Source of the DNA: Polyangiales bacterium
GTDB taxonomy: Bacteria; Myxococcota_A; Polyangia; Polyangiales; Houyiibacteriaceae
Direction of reading: 5' to 3'
Assembly: GCA_045106895.1 (NCBI GenBank)
Contig: JBGCFM010000100.1
Span: 42,852 to 106,851 of the forward strand
Length of the DNA stretch: 64,000 bases
Part shown: positions 30,285-40,097 of the stretch, in pieces
Numbering within the stretch: position 1 is the first letter of the stretch
How the letters are laid out: each line of letters opens with the position of its first letter
Program-made: the position numbers and the translations under genes
The notes under the pieces: model-generated
Database searches by the model: none
The model's input: only the letters and a program-made list of their open reading frames with translations
Told to the model about the DNA's origin: nothing

Positions 30285-30411
30285 ATCCGCACCATACACG
30301 GCCTCCACGCTCCGCGTCTTCGGTGCCGTGCAGATGCGCGGTATGACCGACTAGTGAGGCTCGCCTTAGATCGGCCTTGACCCGGCCCCGTCCGACATGT
30401 TTAGGAGAGGC

Positions 30412-31176
30412 ATGAACATCGAAGGCTCAGTTGCACTAGTTACCGGAGGCGCCTCGGGCCTCGGTGAGGCTACCCTCCGCACCCTCGTCAAAAAGGGCGC
30501 AAAAGCGGTCATCCTAGACATGAATGAAGAACGCGGCGCGGCCGTGGCGGCGGAACTTGGCGACGCCGTGCGCTTCGTCAAGACCGACGTGACTGACGAA
30601 GAGCAGGTCCTCGCCGCCATCGAGGTCGCGAAGTCCCTTGGCACCCTCCGCATTGCCGTCAGCTGCGCGGGCGTGGGCTGGGCTGCTCGAACGCTCAAAC
30701 GCGACGGTACCCCGCACAAATACGACCTTTTCAAGAAGGTCATCTCCATCAACTTGGTCGGAACCTACAACGTCCTGCGCCTCGCGGCGTCCGCGATGAG
30801 CCAGAACGACCCCGTCGACGGCGAGCGCGGCGTCATCATCAACACGGCGTCCATCGCTGCCTTCGACGGCCAGATTGGCCAAGCCGCCTACGCAGCTTCG
30901 AAGGGTGGCGTCGTCGGCCTCACCCTTCCCGCGGCGCGCGACCTCTCGAAGGTCAATATTCGCGTGATGACCATCGCGCCGGGCATCTTCGCGACGCCGA
31001 TGCTCGCGGGGCTGCCGGAAGAGGTTCAGACCGCCCTGGCTGCAGGCGTGCCCAACCCTGCGCGACTGGGCGACCCCGCCGAGTACGCCGCGTTGGCAGC
31101 TCACATCGTCGAGAATGGCTACCTGAACGCGACGGTGATTCGCCTCGACGGCGCGCTCCGAATGCCCCCTAAATAG
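30412..31176 (+). CDS. Type-2 3-hydroxyacyl-CoA dehydrogenase (HSD10-like SDR)
   Basis: [44 protein letters not shown] and IRLDGALRM motifs; AGGAGAGG SD. Confidence 0.88.
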   Translation: MNIEGSVALVTGGASGLGEATLRTLVKKGAKAVILDMNEERGAAVAAELGDAVRFVKTDVTDEEQVLAAIEVAKSLGTLRIAVSCAGVGWAARTLKRDGTPHKYDLFKKVISINLVGTYNVLRLAASAMSQNDPVDGERGVIINTASIAAFDGQIGQAAYAASKGGVVGLTLPAARDLSKVNIRVMTIAPGIFATPMLAGLPEEVQTALAAGVPNPARLGDPAEYAALAAHIVENGYLNATVIRLDGALRMPPK

Positions 31177-31287
31177 CCTCTTCTCCGTTGCGGAACTCCG
31201 AGCCTAGCCCCGACATTTCGAGGAAGAGCAACGCAGCCATCGGGCTGCAGGACCAGTCAGGTCCCCTCTAGCTTTCTGAATCGCACA

Positions 31288-32181
31288 CTAGATGTCGTCA
31301 TCCTCGGTTCGTACGGGCATCGCTTCGTTGCCGGTGAAGGTCACGACGACGGTACTTCGCCCCGCTGCAGCTTCTTCGAAGGTGTGGCGGGCGAGGAAGC
31401 GACGAAGACATCGCCCCCCCCGCTCGTCGGCGACTGTGCTTGAGCGAACTTGAAGTCGGGTTCGACCCCGTCTCGGAACCGTCGCGATAAGTGTGATGTC
31501 GCCCGCTGGAGAACTCCGGCGGGCTGCTTTGCGTCGGCAATCCAGAAGGATCGGAATCGCTGCGCGGAAACTGCGCTGCATCGCGGCGACGCGTTCTTCC
31601 GTGGCACGAGCACCACGCCCGAGGACACGAAAGGACACTTCGCCCGTCGCGTTTCCTCCGGTCGCTTCGAGGTCTCCGTCGGCATTGCGGGTGACCTCGA
31701 CTTCGTCTTCCACCGCGCGGCGGGCCTGCGTCGCTGCCACGCCGTCCGCCGCGCTATTCGAATAAGTGAGGGTGATGAACGCCGCGCCGGGGGCTGGGAT
31801 ACTGCCCAACGCCGCTCGACGAAGTGCCGCGAGGGAGCAGTCGGCGAGCTCCTCGTCGTTTAGTTCATCGCGGGAGATCTCGACCTGGCCCCCGCCTTGC
31901 ACATCGACCATCAGCCGCAGCGTGCCTTGGACCTGCGGCCGTACGCGAACAACTCCGCGATAGCACTCACGGATGGCACCGATCTGACCGCCGATCGCCT
32001 CTCCGATCATCGCGAGCTTCGAGGAGCGCGTTGCCGGCCCACTCTCGATGGACATCCGGACATCGGAGCGCGCCGTGACTCGTCCTGAATCCTCAACCGC
32101 ATCCTGCGCGCTCGCCGATGAGCCAAGACTCGCGAGCAAGCAACTTATGAACACCAGCCGGACTGCGATTTCGTTCCCCAT
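31288..32181 (-). CDS. Secreted protein with two AgmX/PglI-C-terminal (TonB-C-like) domains
   Basis: Signal peptide ending ASA-Q; two repeats of the IRECY...G.L...C pattern (IRECYRG...LADCSL; LLDCRR...GRCLR). Confidence 0.5.
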   Translation of the reverse strand: MGNEIAVRLVFISCLLASLGSSASAQDAVEDSGRVTARSDVRMSIESGPATRSSKLAMIGEAIGGQIGAIRECYRGVVRVRPQVQGTLRLMVDVQGGGQVEISRDELNDEELADCSLAALRRAALGSIPAPGAAFITLTYSNSAADGVAATQARRAVEDEVEVTRNADGDLEATGGNATGEVSFRVLGRGARATEERVAAMQRSFRAAIPILLDCRRKAARRSSPAGDITLIATVPRRGRTRLQVRSSTVADERGGRCLRRFLARHTFEEAAAGRSTVVVTFTGNEAMPVRTEDDDI

Positions 32182-32224
32182 GCCTGTCATCATCACCGAT
32201 AGACCGCGGAACGTCACGGAAGCT

Positions 32225-32866
32225 TCAATCGACCCGAAAAAGCGTGCGAATTTCGGCTTCTCCGTAGCGACGCGACGCGTCGACATCATAGAACTCCGTG
32301 GTTGTCTCGTCGCCGCTGACCTCGCGCATGCGCATGCGCATTAGACGCACCCCCTCCCCTTCGAGGACCATCTCTCGTAAGAATCGCTGCAGGTCGCGGT
32401 TTTTGGGGCGCATCGTGAGCACCCACGAGGAGCCTTCAGTCCGAAACTCGAGCTCATACGCCGCCTCGAGGGCTCGCCGCTCCCCGGCGAGAACATGACG
32501 GATAGACCCGACGAAGCCAGCGACGACGGGGTTGTCGCGAAGAGCGATCACCTCGTGCGTATCGCCTGAACGAATCGTCAGCTCTTGAGCGTCGATGAGC
32601 GCACGACTCTCGGAAGGTGAGCTCGTCGTTCGAAGAAGTCGTCCCGGCGTGTAGTAGATACGCCCTTCGCTTCGAATCGGAAGCGCCATCAGCGCGATGC
32701 GTTTCTCCTCACGAAAACGAGCGCTCAGCCCCGGGATCGAAGAGAACGAACTGAGGAGTCCATCCAACGTCGGCGCGTCCTGCGCTTCCGCCGGGGCGCT
32801 TAGCAAGCCGCTGAAGAGCGCCGAGAGAGCGAGGTATCTAAGAGCGAAGTCTCGAAACGATTTCAC
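32225..32866 (-). CDS. LolA-like periplasmic carrier protein (ApeL-like)
   Basis: Signal peptide ending AEA-Q; ARFREEKRIALM...SEGRIYY...WVLTMRP...EVSGDETT pattern; located after a thioesterase as in aryl-polyene clusters. Confidence 0.75.
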   Translation of the reverse strand: MKSFRDFALRYLALSALFSGLLSAPAEAQDAPTLDGLLSSFSSIPGLSARFREEKRIALMALPIRSEGRIYYTPGRLLRTTSSPSESRALIDAQELTIRSGDTHEVIALRDNPVVAGFVGSIRHVLAGERRALEAAYELEFRTEGSSWVLTMRPKNRDLQRFLREMVLEGEGVRLMRMRMREVSGDETTTEFYDVDASRRYGEAEIRTLFRVD

Positions 32867-33248
32867 GGGGAGTCTCCAACAGCATCTCGCCGTCGCGGGT
32901 TGTCACGAGTGTGGTCCATGCACGGGCCACACGTTTGTTTTCGTCGCTGAGGTTACGAATCTCGTAGCCGAGATGAAGGCGTTGTTCCAAATCGAGGACT
33001 CGCGCTTCCACGCGGAACTTGTCGCCGTGACGAAGCGGCGAGGCGTAGCGACACCGGCTCTCGATAACGACCATCGCGTATCCAAGCTCGATGAGGTCTG
33101 GAACGTCCAAGCGCCGCGGTCGAAAGAGCGCCTCTCGGGCAATCTCCAGGTACTTATAATAGTGTCCATGCCAGACGATTCGGAGTGGGTCGCAGTCGTG
33201 AAACGGAACCACCCCTTCGTAGACCGCACGCGCCTTCTCTTGATTCAT
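32838..33248 (-). CDS. Hotdog-fold acyl-CoA thioesterase (4HBT/YbgC; ApeK-like)
   Basis: VPFHDCDPLRIVWHGHYYKYLEIAR motif. Confidence 0.85.
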   Translation of the reverse strand: MNQEKARAVYEGVVPFHDCDPLRIVWHGHYYKYLEIAREALFRPRRLDVPDLIELGYAMVVIESRCRYASPLRHGDKFRVEARVLDLEQRLHLGYEIRNLSDENKRVARAWTTLVTTRDGEMLLETPREIVSRLRS

Positions 33249-33257
33249 GCGGTCCGG

Positions 33258-34226
33258 CTATTCTTCGAAAAAGTCATAAAAATTGAACCAATTGTCGGGG
33301 TACTTCTGGCAAAAATCCGCCAGAACATCGGCATATTGCTGGGCGTATTCGGCCATGGCCTCCTCGCGACGCCCGCGTGGAAGAACGATTCGTTTGGCGA
33401 ACGGGATGCAGTGCAAGTCGTAGCGGTTCCCGCCGCGGTAGACTCCGACGGTGAAGTAGACGGGCCGTCTCAGACTCGCCGCCAGCAGATAAGGACCAAG
33501 CGGTAGTTTCGCCTTCCCGCCCAAGAAGTCGACGCTGACCGAGCGACCTTCCGGCTGGACGCGGTCACCTAAGATCGCGACGAGTGCTCCATCGTCGACA
33601 CGGTCTCGGATCTTCAGCATGAAAGCGACCTGTCCGCCTTCGCCGATTTCGATGAGTCGTGTGGTGGAGGTGGGGTCGAGTGATTCGATAACCGCGTTAA
33701 ACTTACGCGCGTTCTTCGTGTAAACGATGGGGTTGAGGGCGAGGCGCTCATCCGCCGACGCCGCGCGCATCGCGTAAAACGAGCCGAGGTGTGCCCCGAG
33801 TAGGATCGCGCCCGACCCCGAGCTGCGTAGCTCTTCCAGGTGGTGGTGGCCGGTCTGCGTGACCTCAAAAAGATCGGTGCGTCCGCGCATGAAGAAGAGC
33901 GCATCGAGGGTGCACTGCGAGAAACGGAGAATGTGACGATAGCTCGCGAGGAAGCCGTCCGGGAGGGAGAGACGTCGCCGAAAAGCCACCACGCTCGCAC
34001 GGGAGCGCCGCGAGAAGAGTGCGTAGTAAAACGCGACGAAAGCTACGATGACGCGTACGGCGGGCCGCCCGAACATCGTCGCAGCCACGACGAGCGCGTG
34101 AATGCCGACGGCGCTGCCGCTCTCTTCAACATCTTGCCACCCTTCTTCGTTGGCGTCCTCCGAAACAACCCGACAAAGGCGACCGCGTCGCTCGAGGCTG
34201 ACATCGCGATGTTCGATGCTGCTCAC
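33258..34226 (-). CDS. LpxL-like lipid acyltransferase (acyltransferase half of ApeJ-like proteins)
   Basis: EGWQDVEESGS N-terminal motif, LLGAHLGSF, ILGDR, FLG...GPY and YPDNWFNFYDFF. Confidence 0.8.
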   Translation of the reverse strand: MSSIEHRDVSLERRGRLCRVVSEDANEEGWQDVEESGSAVGIHALVVAATMFGRPAVRVIVAFVAFYYALFSRRSRASVVAFRRRLSLPDGFLASYRHILRFSQCTLDALFFMRGRTDLFEVTQTGHHHLEELRSSGSGAILLGAHLGSFYAMRAASADERLALNPIVYTKNARKFNAVIESLDPTSTTRLIEIGEGGQVAFMLKIRDRVDDGALVAILGDRVQPEGRSVSVDFLGGKAKLPLGPYLLAASLRRPVYFTVGVYRGGNRYDLHCIPFAKRIVLPRGRREEAMAEYAQQYADVLADFCQKYPDNWFNFYDFFEE

Positions 34227-34843
34227 ACGTCCCTCGGGGGCGGAAAGAGTTTCGCCAGGAGCCGGTCGTGGGGCGCGCGGCTGTACTCACGAAACCTTGC
34301 TTTGCGGATGATGTACTCCCCTGCGAAGAGCACGCCCATCAACGCGTATGCGATCCCGCCTGTGTAGGTAGCCCACCACGACACGGGGGCGAAGAGAGCA
34401 AGCAAGGCGGCGCTCGCTCCGTTGAAAACAAAGAAGGCGCACCAAACGATGGTCACACGTCGGCAGTGCTCTTGCTTGACGGGTGTCAGGTCTGGGTCCT
34501 GGAGGCGTGCAAAGCGCTCCACCATCGGCATCTCGCCGCGAAGTGAAGCGCCGAAAGCCACGAGGAGCGCCACGCTGATCAAAACAGGCATGGCCTTGAT
34601 GTACAGGGCGTTATTGCTCGCGACGCCGACAAGGATCAGCGCCATGACACCGAGGGGCAGGCGAAGCACCGGCCACATGTGCTCACGCTTCGTGCGCCAC
34701 AAACGCAACGCCATCAGCGGGACCAAGAGACCGAGAACAACGAGGCCCGTCATGCGCGGAGAGAAGTGAGTCAGGGACCACCACACGGCGAGCGGGTACG
34801 CCACCGTCAACACAGCATTCAGGACATGAATCGCGACCCGCAC
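34223..34843 (-). CDS. COG4648-type membrane protein (ApeG-like)
   Basis: AYPLAVW, PVLIS...FGASL...PMVERFAR...RRVTIVWCAFF...WATYTGGIAY...GEYIIR. True start is inferred at GTG 34843, 5 bp after the fabG stop. Confidence 0.8.
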   Translation of the reverse strand: MRVAIHVLNAVLTVAYPLAVWWSLTHFSPRMTGLVVLGLLVPLMALRLWRTKREHMWPVLRLPLGVMALILVGVASNNALYIKAMPVLISVALLVAFGASLRGEMPMVERFARLQDPDLTPVKQEHCRRVTIVWCAFFVFNGASAALLALFAPVSWWATYTGGIAYALMGVLFAGEYIIRKARFREYSRAPHDRLLAKLFPPPRDV

Positions 34844-34848
34844 GAGCC

Positions 34849-35574
34849 TTAGCCGAGGCCTCCGGCCATTGTGATGACCTGCCCCGTCACGTATCCGGCG
34901 GGGTCGCTGGCAAGCCAAGCCACAAGCGACGCAACTTCGTCCGGCGTGCCGATTCGGCGCATCGGAATGTGCTTGAGAATCAGGTCCACAGGGGCGCCTT
35001 CGATCATCTCCGTGTCCACCAACCCCGGCGCCACCGCGTTCACCGTGACACCGCGTTTTGCCACCTCGATGGCGAGGGCCTTCGTCGCCCCAATAAGACC
35101 CGCTTTCGCTGCGGAGTAGTTCACCTGACCGCGATTGCCGGCGACACCACTCACGCTCGAAATATTGATGATGCGCCCACGGCGTTTGCGAACCATCGGC
35201 ATCACGAGGGGCTGCGTGACGTTGAAGAATCCGTCGAGGGTGGTTCGTGTCACGCTCTCCCACGCGTCCCAGCTCATCGCGGGAAAGCTATCGTCCGCGG
35301 CGATTCCAGCATTGTTCACGAGCACGTCGACGTGAAGCCCTTCTTCATGCAGACCCGCGATGGCGGCATGCACCGCCTCCCTGTCCGTCACGTCGAAGGG
35401 CAACAGACGCGCGGTACCGCCGGCGGCTTCGACGGCGTCTTTCACGTCCGTTGCAGCCTCGACATTGCTGCGGTAGTTGATCAGAACTGGACAACCTTGG
35501 GCGGCGAGGGCCTTCGTGATGGCCGCCCCAATCCCTCGGCTTCCACCGGTGACAAGCGCCCAGCCGTTACTCAT
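34849..35574 (-). CDS. fabG: 3-oxoacyl-ACP reductase (ApeQ-like)
   Basis: TGGSRGIG, VNNAGI, GNRGQVNYSAAKAG and VAPGLVDTEM motifs. Confidence 0.88.
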   Translation of the reverse strand: MSNGWALVTGGSRGIGAAITKALAAQGCPVLINYRSNVEAATDVKDAVEAAGGTARLLPFDVTDREAVHAAIAGLHEEGLHVDVLVNNAGIAADDSFPAMSWDAWESVTRTTLDGFFNVTQPLVMPMVRKRRGRIINISSVSGVAGNRGQVNYSAAKAGLIGATKALAIEVAKRGVTVNAVAPGLVDTEMIEGAPVDLILKHIPMRRIGTPDEVASLVAWLASDPAGYVTGQVITMAGGLG

Positions 35575-36493
35575 TGGATGCCGCCTCGTTCGCGTCGACT
35601 TCGGGGATCGCCGCTGCGTACTCCGCTGCGAGCGACTGGCCGCCGACCTGGACGCGAAGCGCTTCCTGGATGACTGGGGTCCAGCTGACCCACGAGTGGT
35701 CGCCGTCGTATACGAACGCGTTGTGGGTGATCTCGTGCTCGCGCATGTGGCGAACGAATCGACGGTTACTGATGCCGATGCCGTTTCGATCCCCGGTGCC
35801 CCAAGAGATGAACATAGGCATTCCAACGTCGCGAGCGCTCTGCCAACGGGCGTAGAAGTCTTCATCTCGCAGACTCCGATCCGAATCCGCCGGACCGAAG
35901 ATCCGTCGCATCGGGATGAACATCGCGAAGAGTCGGTTCTCTGCGAAGTCGCGCATACGTGGCGCGTCAAAGATCGGCGCGCTCAGCGCCGTAACACTCG
36001 CGAAGGACTCTGGACGATGCAGCGCGAAGCGAAGCGCCCCATGGCCGCCCATGGAGACGCCCATGACGTGGCAAGCCTCCGGGCAGGACGCGGTATGCCA
36101 GCGTTCCGTCACTTCCGGCATCAGCCGGTCGACGATCCAGTCTTCGTAACGCTTGGTACCGTCGTGCCAGTTGACCCAGAACCCGTCGTCCCCCTGGGGA
36201 AACACGATGACGGCGCGCGGAATCGTCCCGGCGCTCACAGCCTCGTTCAGCTTTACGGCGAGTCCACGTTCTTCGAAAGTACGGGCGTCATCTCCACCTC
36301 CATGGAGAAAGACCACGAGGGGCAGCTCTTCATCGTCACGAAAGTCCGGCGGCGTCCACACACTGTATTCGACGGCGACTCCGCCGAGGTGCTCCGGACG
36401 GGTGGGCACATGCTCTACGTTCGGGGTCGTGACCGTCGAGCAGCCGAGCATGCTCAAAATCACGCCGAAGGCGCTAAGTAGGGGAAGACGCAT
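35567..36493 (-). CDS. Lipoprotein esterase (alpha/beta hydrolase, esterase family)
   Basis: Lipobox LGC, FLHGGGD, GVSMGG, WGTGD and GDHSW motifs; overlaps the fabG start. Confidence 0.8.
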   Translation of the reverse strand: MRLPLLSAFGVILSMLGCSTVTTPNVEHVPTRPEHLGGVAVEYSVWTPPDFRDDEELPLVVFLHGGGDDARTFEERGLAVKLNEAVSAGTIPRAVIVFPQGDDGFWVNWHDGTKRYEDWIVDRLMPEVTERWHTASCPEACHVMGVSMGGHGALRFALHRPESFASVTALSAPIFDAPRMRDFAENRLFAMFIPMRRIFGPADSDRSLRDEDFYARWQSARDVGMPMFISWGTGDRNGIGISNRRFVRHMREHEITHNAFVYDGDHSWVSWTPVIQEALRVQVGGQSLAAEYAAAIPEVDANEAASNE

Positions 36494-36606
36494 GCAAGAG
36501 CCTTAGTTCCACGGCTCCACCGGTCAAGGCTGCGTGGTTTCGTGTAAAATTCCACGCAAAATTCCATAGGCCGCGCCACCGATGGATGCGGTACCCTCGG
36601 GCGGCG

Positions 36607-38103
36607 ATGAGCCCCGTTTCTGTCTTCCTCTTGGCGATTGCCACCATCTTCGTCGTCGGCATCGTCGGTGAGATCGTCTTTTCCAAAACTGGCGTCCCCG
36701 ATGTCGTCTGGCTCATCGCCGTCGGCGTCATCCTTGGACCGGTGAGCGGACTCGTCGACCGCGACGGTCTCATGGGCATTGCACCCTTCTTCGGTGCCCT
36801 CACCCTCGTCATCGTCCTCTTCGACGGCGGCAGTGAGCTACGGCTCGCCGACCTGAAGAAAGCCGCCGGGCGCGGCACTTTCATGGCCGTATTTGGTTTC
36901 ATATTGGCGGTCATAGCCGTCGCTGCGATCACGAAGGCCGCCTGCTGGGCTGGGATTCTTCCGTCCAACTGGACATGGATGCACGCAATCCTGGTCGGGA
37001 CCATCTTGGGCGGCTCCAGCTCCGTGGTCATCATGCCTGCTCTAAGCAAGGCAGGGCTCTCGCCCAAAATCTCCAATCTGGTGAATCTTGAGTCGGCCCT
37101 CACGGACGTACTCTCCGTCGTCGCCACGGGTGCGGTTATTCAAATCCTCGCTTCTACCGGCGCCGACGCAGGCGGTGCCGGCGCGGCGGCGGCGACCCTC
37201 GGCAAGTCCTTCGGAATCGGCGTCGGCGTGGGCGCCGTCGCCGGCCTGCTCACCGTTCTTGTGCTCAACCGACTCGAGACATCCGAGTACGCCTATCCGC
37301 TCCTCCTGGGGTTTTTCCTTGTCGTCTACGTCATCGTCGACGAAATGGGCGGAAGCGCGGCCCTTGCGATCCTCACCGCGGCGGTGATGGCCGGCAACGC
37401 GCCGGCGCTGTCGAAATCCATCGGCCTTGCGCAGGCTGCCCACCTTGGCCGGAACGTCAAAGGCGTTCACGGGGTCATCACCTTCATCATCAAGAGCTTC
37501 TTCTTCTGCTTCATCGGCGCGATGCTCGGCCCTCCGTGGAGCTTGCTCTTCTTCGGCGTGGGCATCGGCCTGGTTCTTCTTCTCGCGCGTGTGCCCAATA
37601 TCGCCCTCGCGACGGCTCGCAGCGACATGTCGAAGCCCGCTCGCTCCTTGGTCGGGGTTCTCTTCCCGCGCGGTATGGCCGCCGGCGTACTGGCGATGAT
37701 GCCGCACCAGGCCGGCATCGAGGGCACCGAGAATCTTCCCGTGGTGATCTTCTCTGCGGTTCTGACAACAATCCTCATCTTCGCCATCGGGTTCCCAATC
37801 CTGAAGAAACGGCTCCCGGCCTCAGACCTCGCGGACGGTGGCGGCACCGCGACGGGCACCCTCGCAGGTTCCTTCCAAGGCGACGAAGCAGCCCCCGCCC
37901 TCGCCCGCGCCCTTGAAGGCCGGCCAGAAATATCGGGAGACGCGGCCACCGTCGCGGCCCCCGCCGTCGCGCGTGAGGCCGCAAAGGGGTCGATGCGCAT
38001 CCCAATGGGCCCGGCCGACGCGACGTCGGTGGATCCTGGCGGGCCCGCCGCACGCGCCGCCGTGCCGCTGAGCCCCATCGATGACTCGGAGGAAACCAAG
38101 TGA
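36607..38103 (+). CDS. Cation:proton antiporter (CPA1/NhaP-like)
   Basis: About 12 TM helices; LFDGG, LESALTD and PRGMAAGVLA motifs; low-complexity C-terminal tail. Confidence 0.85.
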   Translation: MSPVSVFLLAIATIFVVGIVGEIVFSKTGVPDVVWLIAVGVILGPVSGLVDRDGLMGIAPFFGALTLVIVLFDGGSELRLADLKKAAGRGTFMAVFGFILAVIAVAAITKAACWAGILPSNWTWMHAILVGTILGGSSSVVIMPALSKAGLSPKISNLVNLESALTDVLSVVATGAVIQILASTGADAGGAGAAAATLGKSFGIGVGVGAVAGLLTVLVLNRLETSEYAYPLLLGFFLVVYVIVDEMGGSAALAILTAAVMAGNAPALSKSIGLAQAAHLGRNVKGVHGVITFIIKSFFFCFIGAMLGPPWSLLFFGVGIGLVLLLARVPNIALATARSDMSKPARSLVGVLFPRGMAAGVLAMMPHQAGIEGTENLPVVIFSAVLTTILIFAIGFPILKKRLPASDLADGGGTATGTLAGSFQGDEAAPALARALEGRPEISGDAATVAAPAVAREAAKGSMRIPMGPADATSVDPGGPAARAAVPLSPIDDSEETK

Positions 38104-38906
38104 GTGATGTGAGCGAAGAGAAGCGAGTCGAAGTCAGCATCGAGGGCGGCGTCGCTCACGTGGAGATGAACCGCGGGTCGAAACGAAACGGCCTCGATAT
38201 GGACATGTTCGATGCCATGATCGAGACCGGCACAAGCCTCGCAGCCCGAAACGACGTCCGGGCCATCGTGCTCAGCGGCCGCGGGCCGGCGTTCTGCGCG
38301 GGCCTCGATTTTCAGGCGATCATGAGCGACCCAAAAGCCATGAAGCGTCTGCTCTCACGCGACGACAGCGCCGCCAACATCGCCCAGCGAGTCGCTTACG
38401 TTTGGCGTGAAGTTGAAGTCCCGGTCATCGCTGCGATTCACGGTCCGTGTTTCGGCGGAGGTTTGCAAATCGCCCTCGCCGCTGACATTCGTTTCGGTTC
38501 TCCGGACGCCCGCCTCAGCGTCATGGAGATCGAGTGGGGCTTGATTCCGGACATGTCCATCACGCAGACGTTGCTGCGTTTGGTGCGACCTGATGTGGCC
38601 AAGGAACTCACCTTCACGGGCCGCATCGTCGACGCCCCCGAAGCCCTCGCCCTCGGCCTGCTCACCCAGTTGTCCGACGACCCTGTTGAAGCAGCCAAAC
38701 TCTGCGCAAAGCAGATCGCGGCTCGCTCACCGCAGGCGATTCGTGAGACCAAACGCCTTTACGATCAGGCCCCTTTCCTCAACGCCGCCGACGCCTTGGC
38801 ACTCGAGACGGAGCTGCAGCTCAAGATTCTCGGCACGCCGAATCAACTAGCAGCGGTCCAGGCCCGCATGCTCCGCAAGACCGCGACGTTTCGCGACCCC
38901 GAATAA
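38100..38906 (+). CDS. Enoyl-CoA hydratase/crotonase family protein
   Basis: FCAGLD, AIHGPCFGGGLQIALAAD and MEIEWGLIPD motifs. Confidence 0.88.
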   Translation: MSDVSEEKRVEVSIEGGVAHVEMNRGSKRNGLDMDMFDAMIETGTSLAARNDVRAIVLSGRGPAFCAGLDFQAIMSDPKAMKRLLSRDDSAANIAQRVAYVWREVEVPVIAAIHGPCFGGGLQIALAADIRFGSPDARLSVMEIEWGLIPDMSITQTLLRLVRPDVAKELTFTGRIVDAPEALALGLLTQLSDDPVEAAKLCAKQIAARSPQAIRETKRLYDQAPFLNAADALALETELQLKILGTPNQLAAVQARMLRKTATFRDPE

Positions 38907-38912
38907 CGCCGC

Positions 38913-40031
38913 TTAGAAGCCGAAGAACTCAAAGACGTCGGCGAGCTCTCGACGCACTTCGTCTTCCGTCACGCCAAACTCTTCCAAGCTGTACTTGTGC
39001 TTGCTCTGGTACCGACGCTGTTTTCGTGTCGCTTCGTTCAGGCGCGCTTGGTACGGCTCGCTCATTGGCAAGGACATCCAGTCGTAGAGGCCTTCGACGA
39101 CGGCGCGAGGGTCGGAAACGAGGTCGGGATAGCGAACGACGCGAATACGCTCTTCCGGCAGGTCGCGGACAAGGGCTGCCCCGGCGCGATAGTACGCGTA
39201 TCCCATATCGATCATTTCTCGGGACGCGTTCGTTGCTTTGCCTAGCTCCGGCGAATGAGTCTGCCATTTCGCGTGGTACATGCTGGCAAACGACGGCAAC
39301 GCCTCGAAGGGGTGACGCAGCAAGTAGACGAAACGTGCGTCGGGAAAACGCGAGAGCATCGAGCGAACACGCGGCGCGAAGAACACGTTCTTGTTCAGGA
39401 AACGTTTGTTACCTCCCACGGAGTACAGATGCTTCTTCACCGTCGCTTCGTAGAAGTCCATGAAGGCTTCGCGGTCCGCTTCGGGATGCGAATCAAGCCA
39501 CGTCAGGCGCGTGTAGTTGCGCATGAAAGGGTTGAGTAAGGACAGCGAAGGTGACTCAAAGCAGTAGACGAAAGTCGTCTCGTCTTCCTCTTCTTTGTCG
39601 ATGCCCATCGCGTGGATCCCGTCCCACGCGTTGTTGTCGAAGAAGGTCTTGTTGATCGTCTTCACGCCCTGCTTCCACAGAGGAGCCAGGCGCCCTTCGC
39701 CGAGGGCTGCGATGGAACGCTGAATGGACACCGCGCTAAACATCGATTGGTGGAGTTTGAAGCCTGCGAAGTTCTCTTCATCGAGGCCCATCAAACGATG
39801 AAGCATCGTGGTTCCGCTTCGACCGTTCGCGAAGATGAAGACGGGTTGCTCGACCTTTTGCTCGGCCCAATCCGGAAACGCAAAGTCGTCTACTTTGCGC
39901 GCCCCTTCGAGGAGAGTGCGCATTCCCACGAGTCCAGCGGCGTACCCTCCCCAAGTGAGGGCCCGCCTCGGGGTGAAATTCGCCGCGGCGCTGGTCAACA
40001 TCTCCGAGAACACTTTTTGATTCACGTACAT
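38913..40031 (-). CDS. PAPS-dependent sulfotransferase (Sulfotransfer_3 family)
   Basis: 5'-PSB loop FIFANGRSGTTMLH, LNKN, 3'-PB YLLRHPFEALPS, VRYPDLVSDP and HKYSLEEFG. Confidence 0.82.
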   Translation of the reverse strand: MYVNQKVFSEMLTSAAANFTPRRALTWGGYAAGLVGMRTLLEGARKVDDFAFPDWAEQKVEQPVFIFANGRSGTTMLHRLMGLDEENFAGFKLHQSMFSAVSIQRSIAALGEGRLAPLWKQGVKTINKTFFDNNAWDGIHAMGIDKEEEDETTFVYCFESPSLSLLNPFMRNYTRLTWLDSHPEADREAFMDFYEATVKKHLYSVGGNKRFLNKNVFFAPRVRSMLSRFPDARFVYLLRHPFEALPSFASMYHAKWQTHSPELGKATNASREMIDMGYAYYRAGAALVRDLPEERIRVVRYPDLVSDPRAVVEGLYDWMSLPMSEPYQARLNEATRKQRRYQSKHKYSLEEFGVTEDEVRRELADVFEFFGF

Positions 40032-40097
40032 GGGGTGTCCTCAACCTGTCCCGCGTCGAGGGGGGCCGCAACCCCGCGGGCGTGCTATCGCTGCCCT

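Noticed and set aside
30412..31176. HSD10-like SDR as a steroid dehydrogenase of the sterol pathway
   Set aside because: This family is widespread in fatty-acid and branched-chain acyl-CoA metabolism, and the gene is 12 kb from the operon with no linkage.
34223..35970. Extended N-termini in the ORF track (34223-35263, 34849-35970; also 39612-, 17432-18274, 9642-11105)
   Set aside because: The extensions overlap neighbouring real genes and lack homology-like features, so downstream starts were used.
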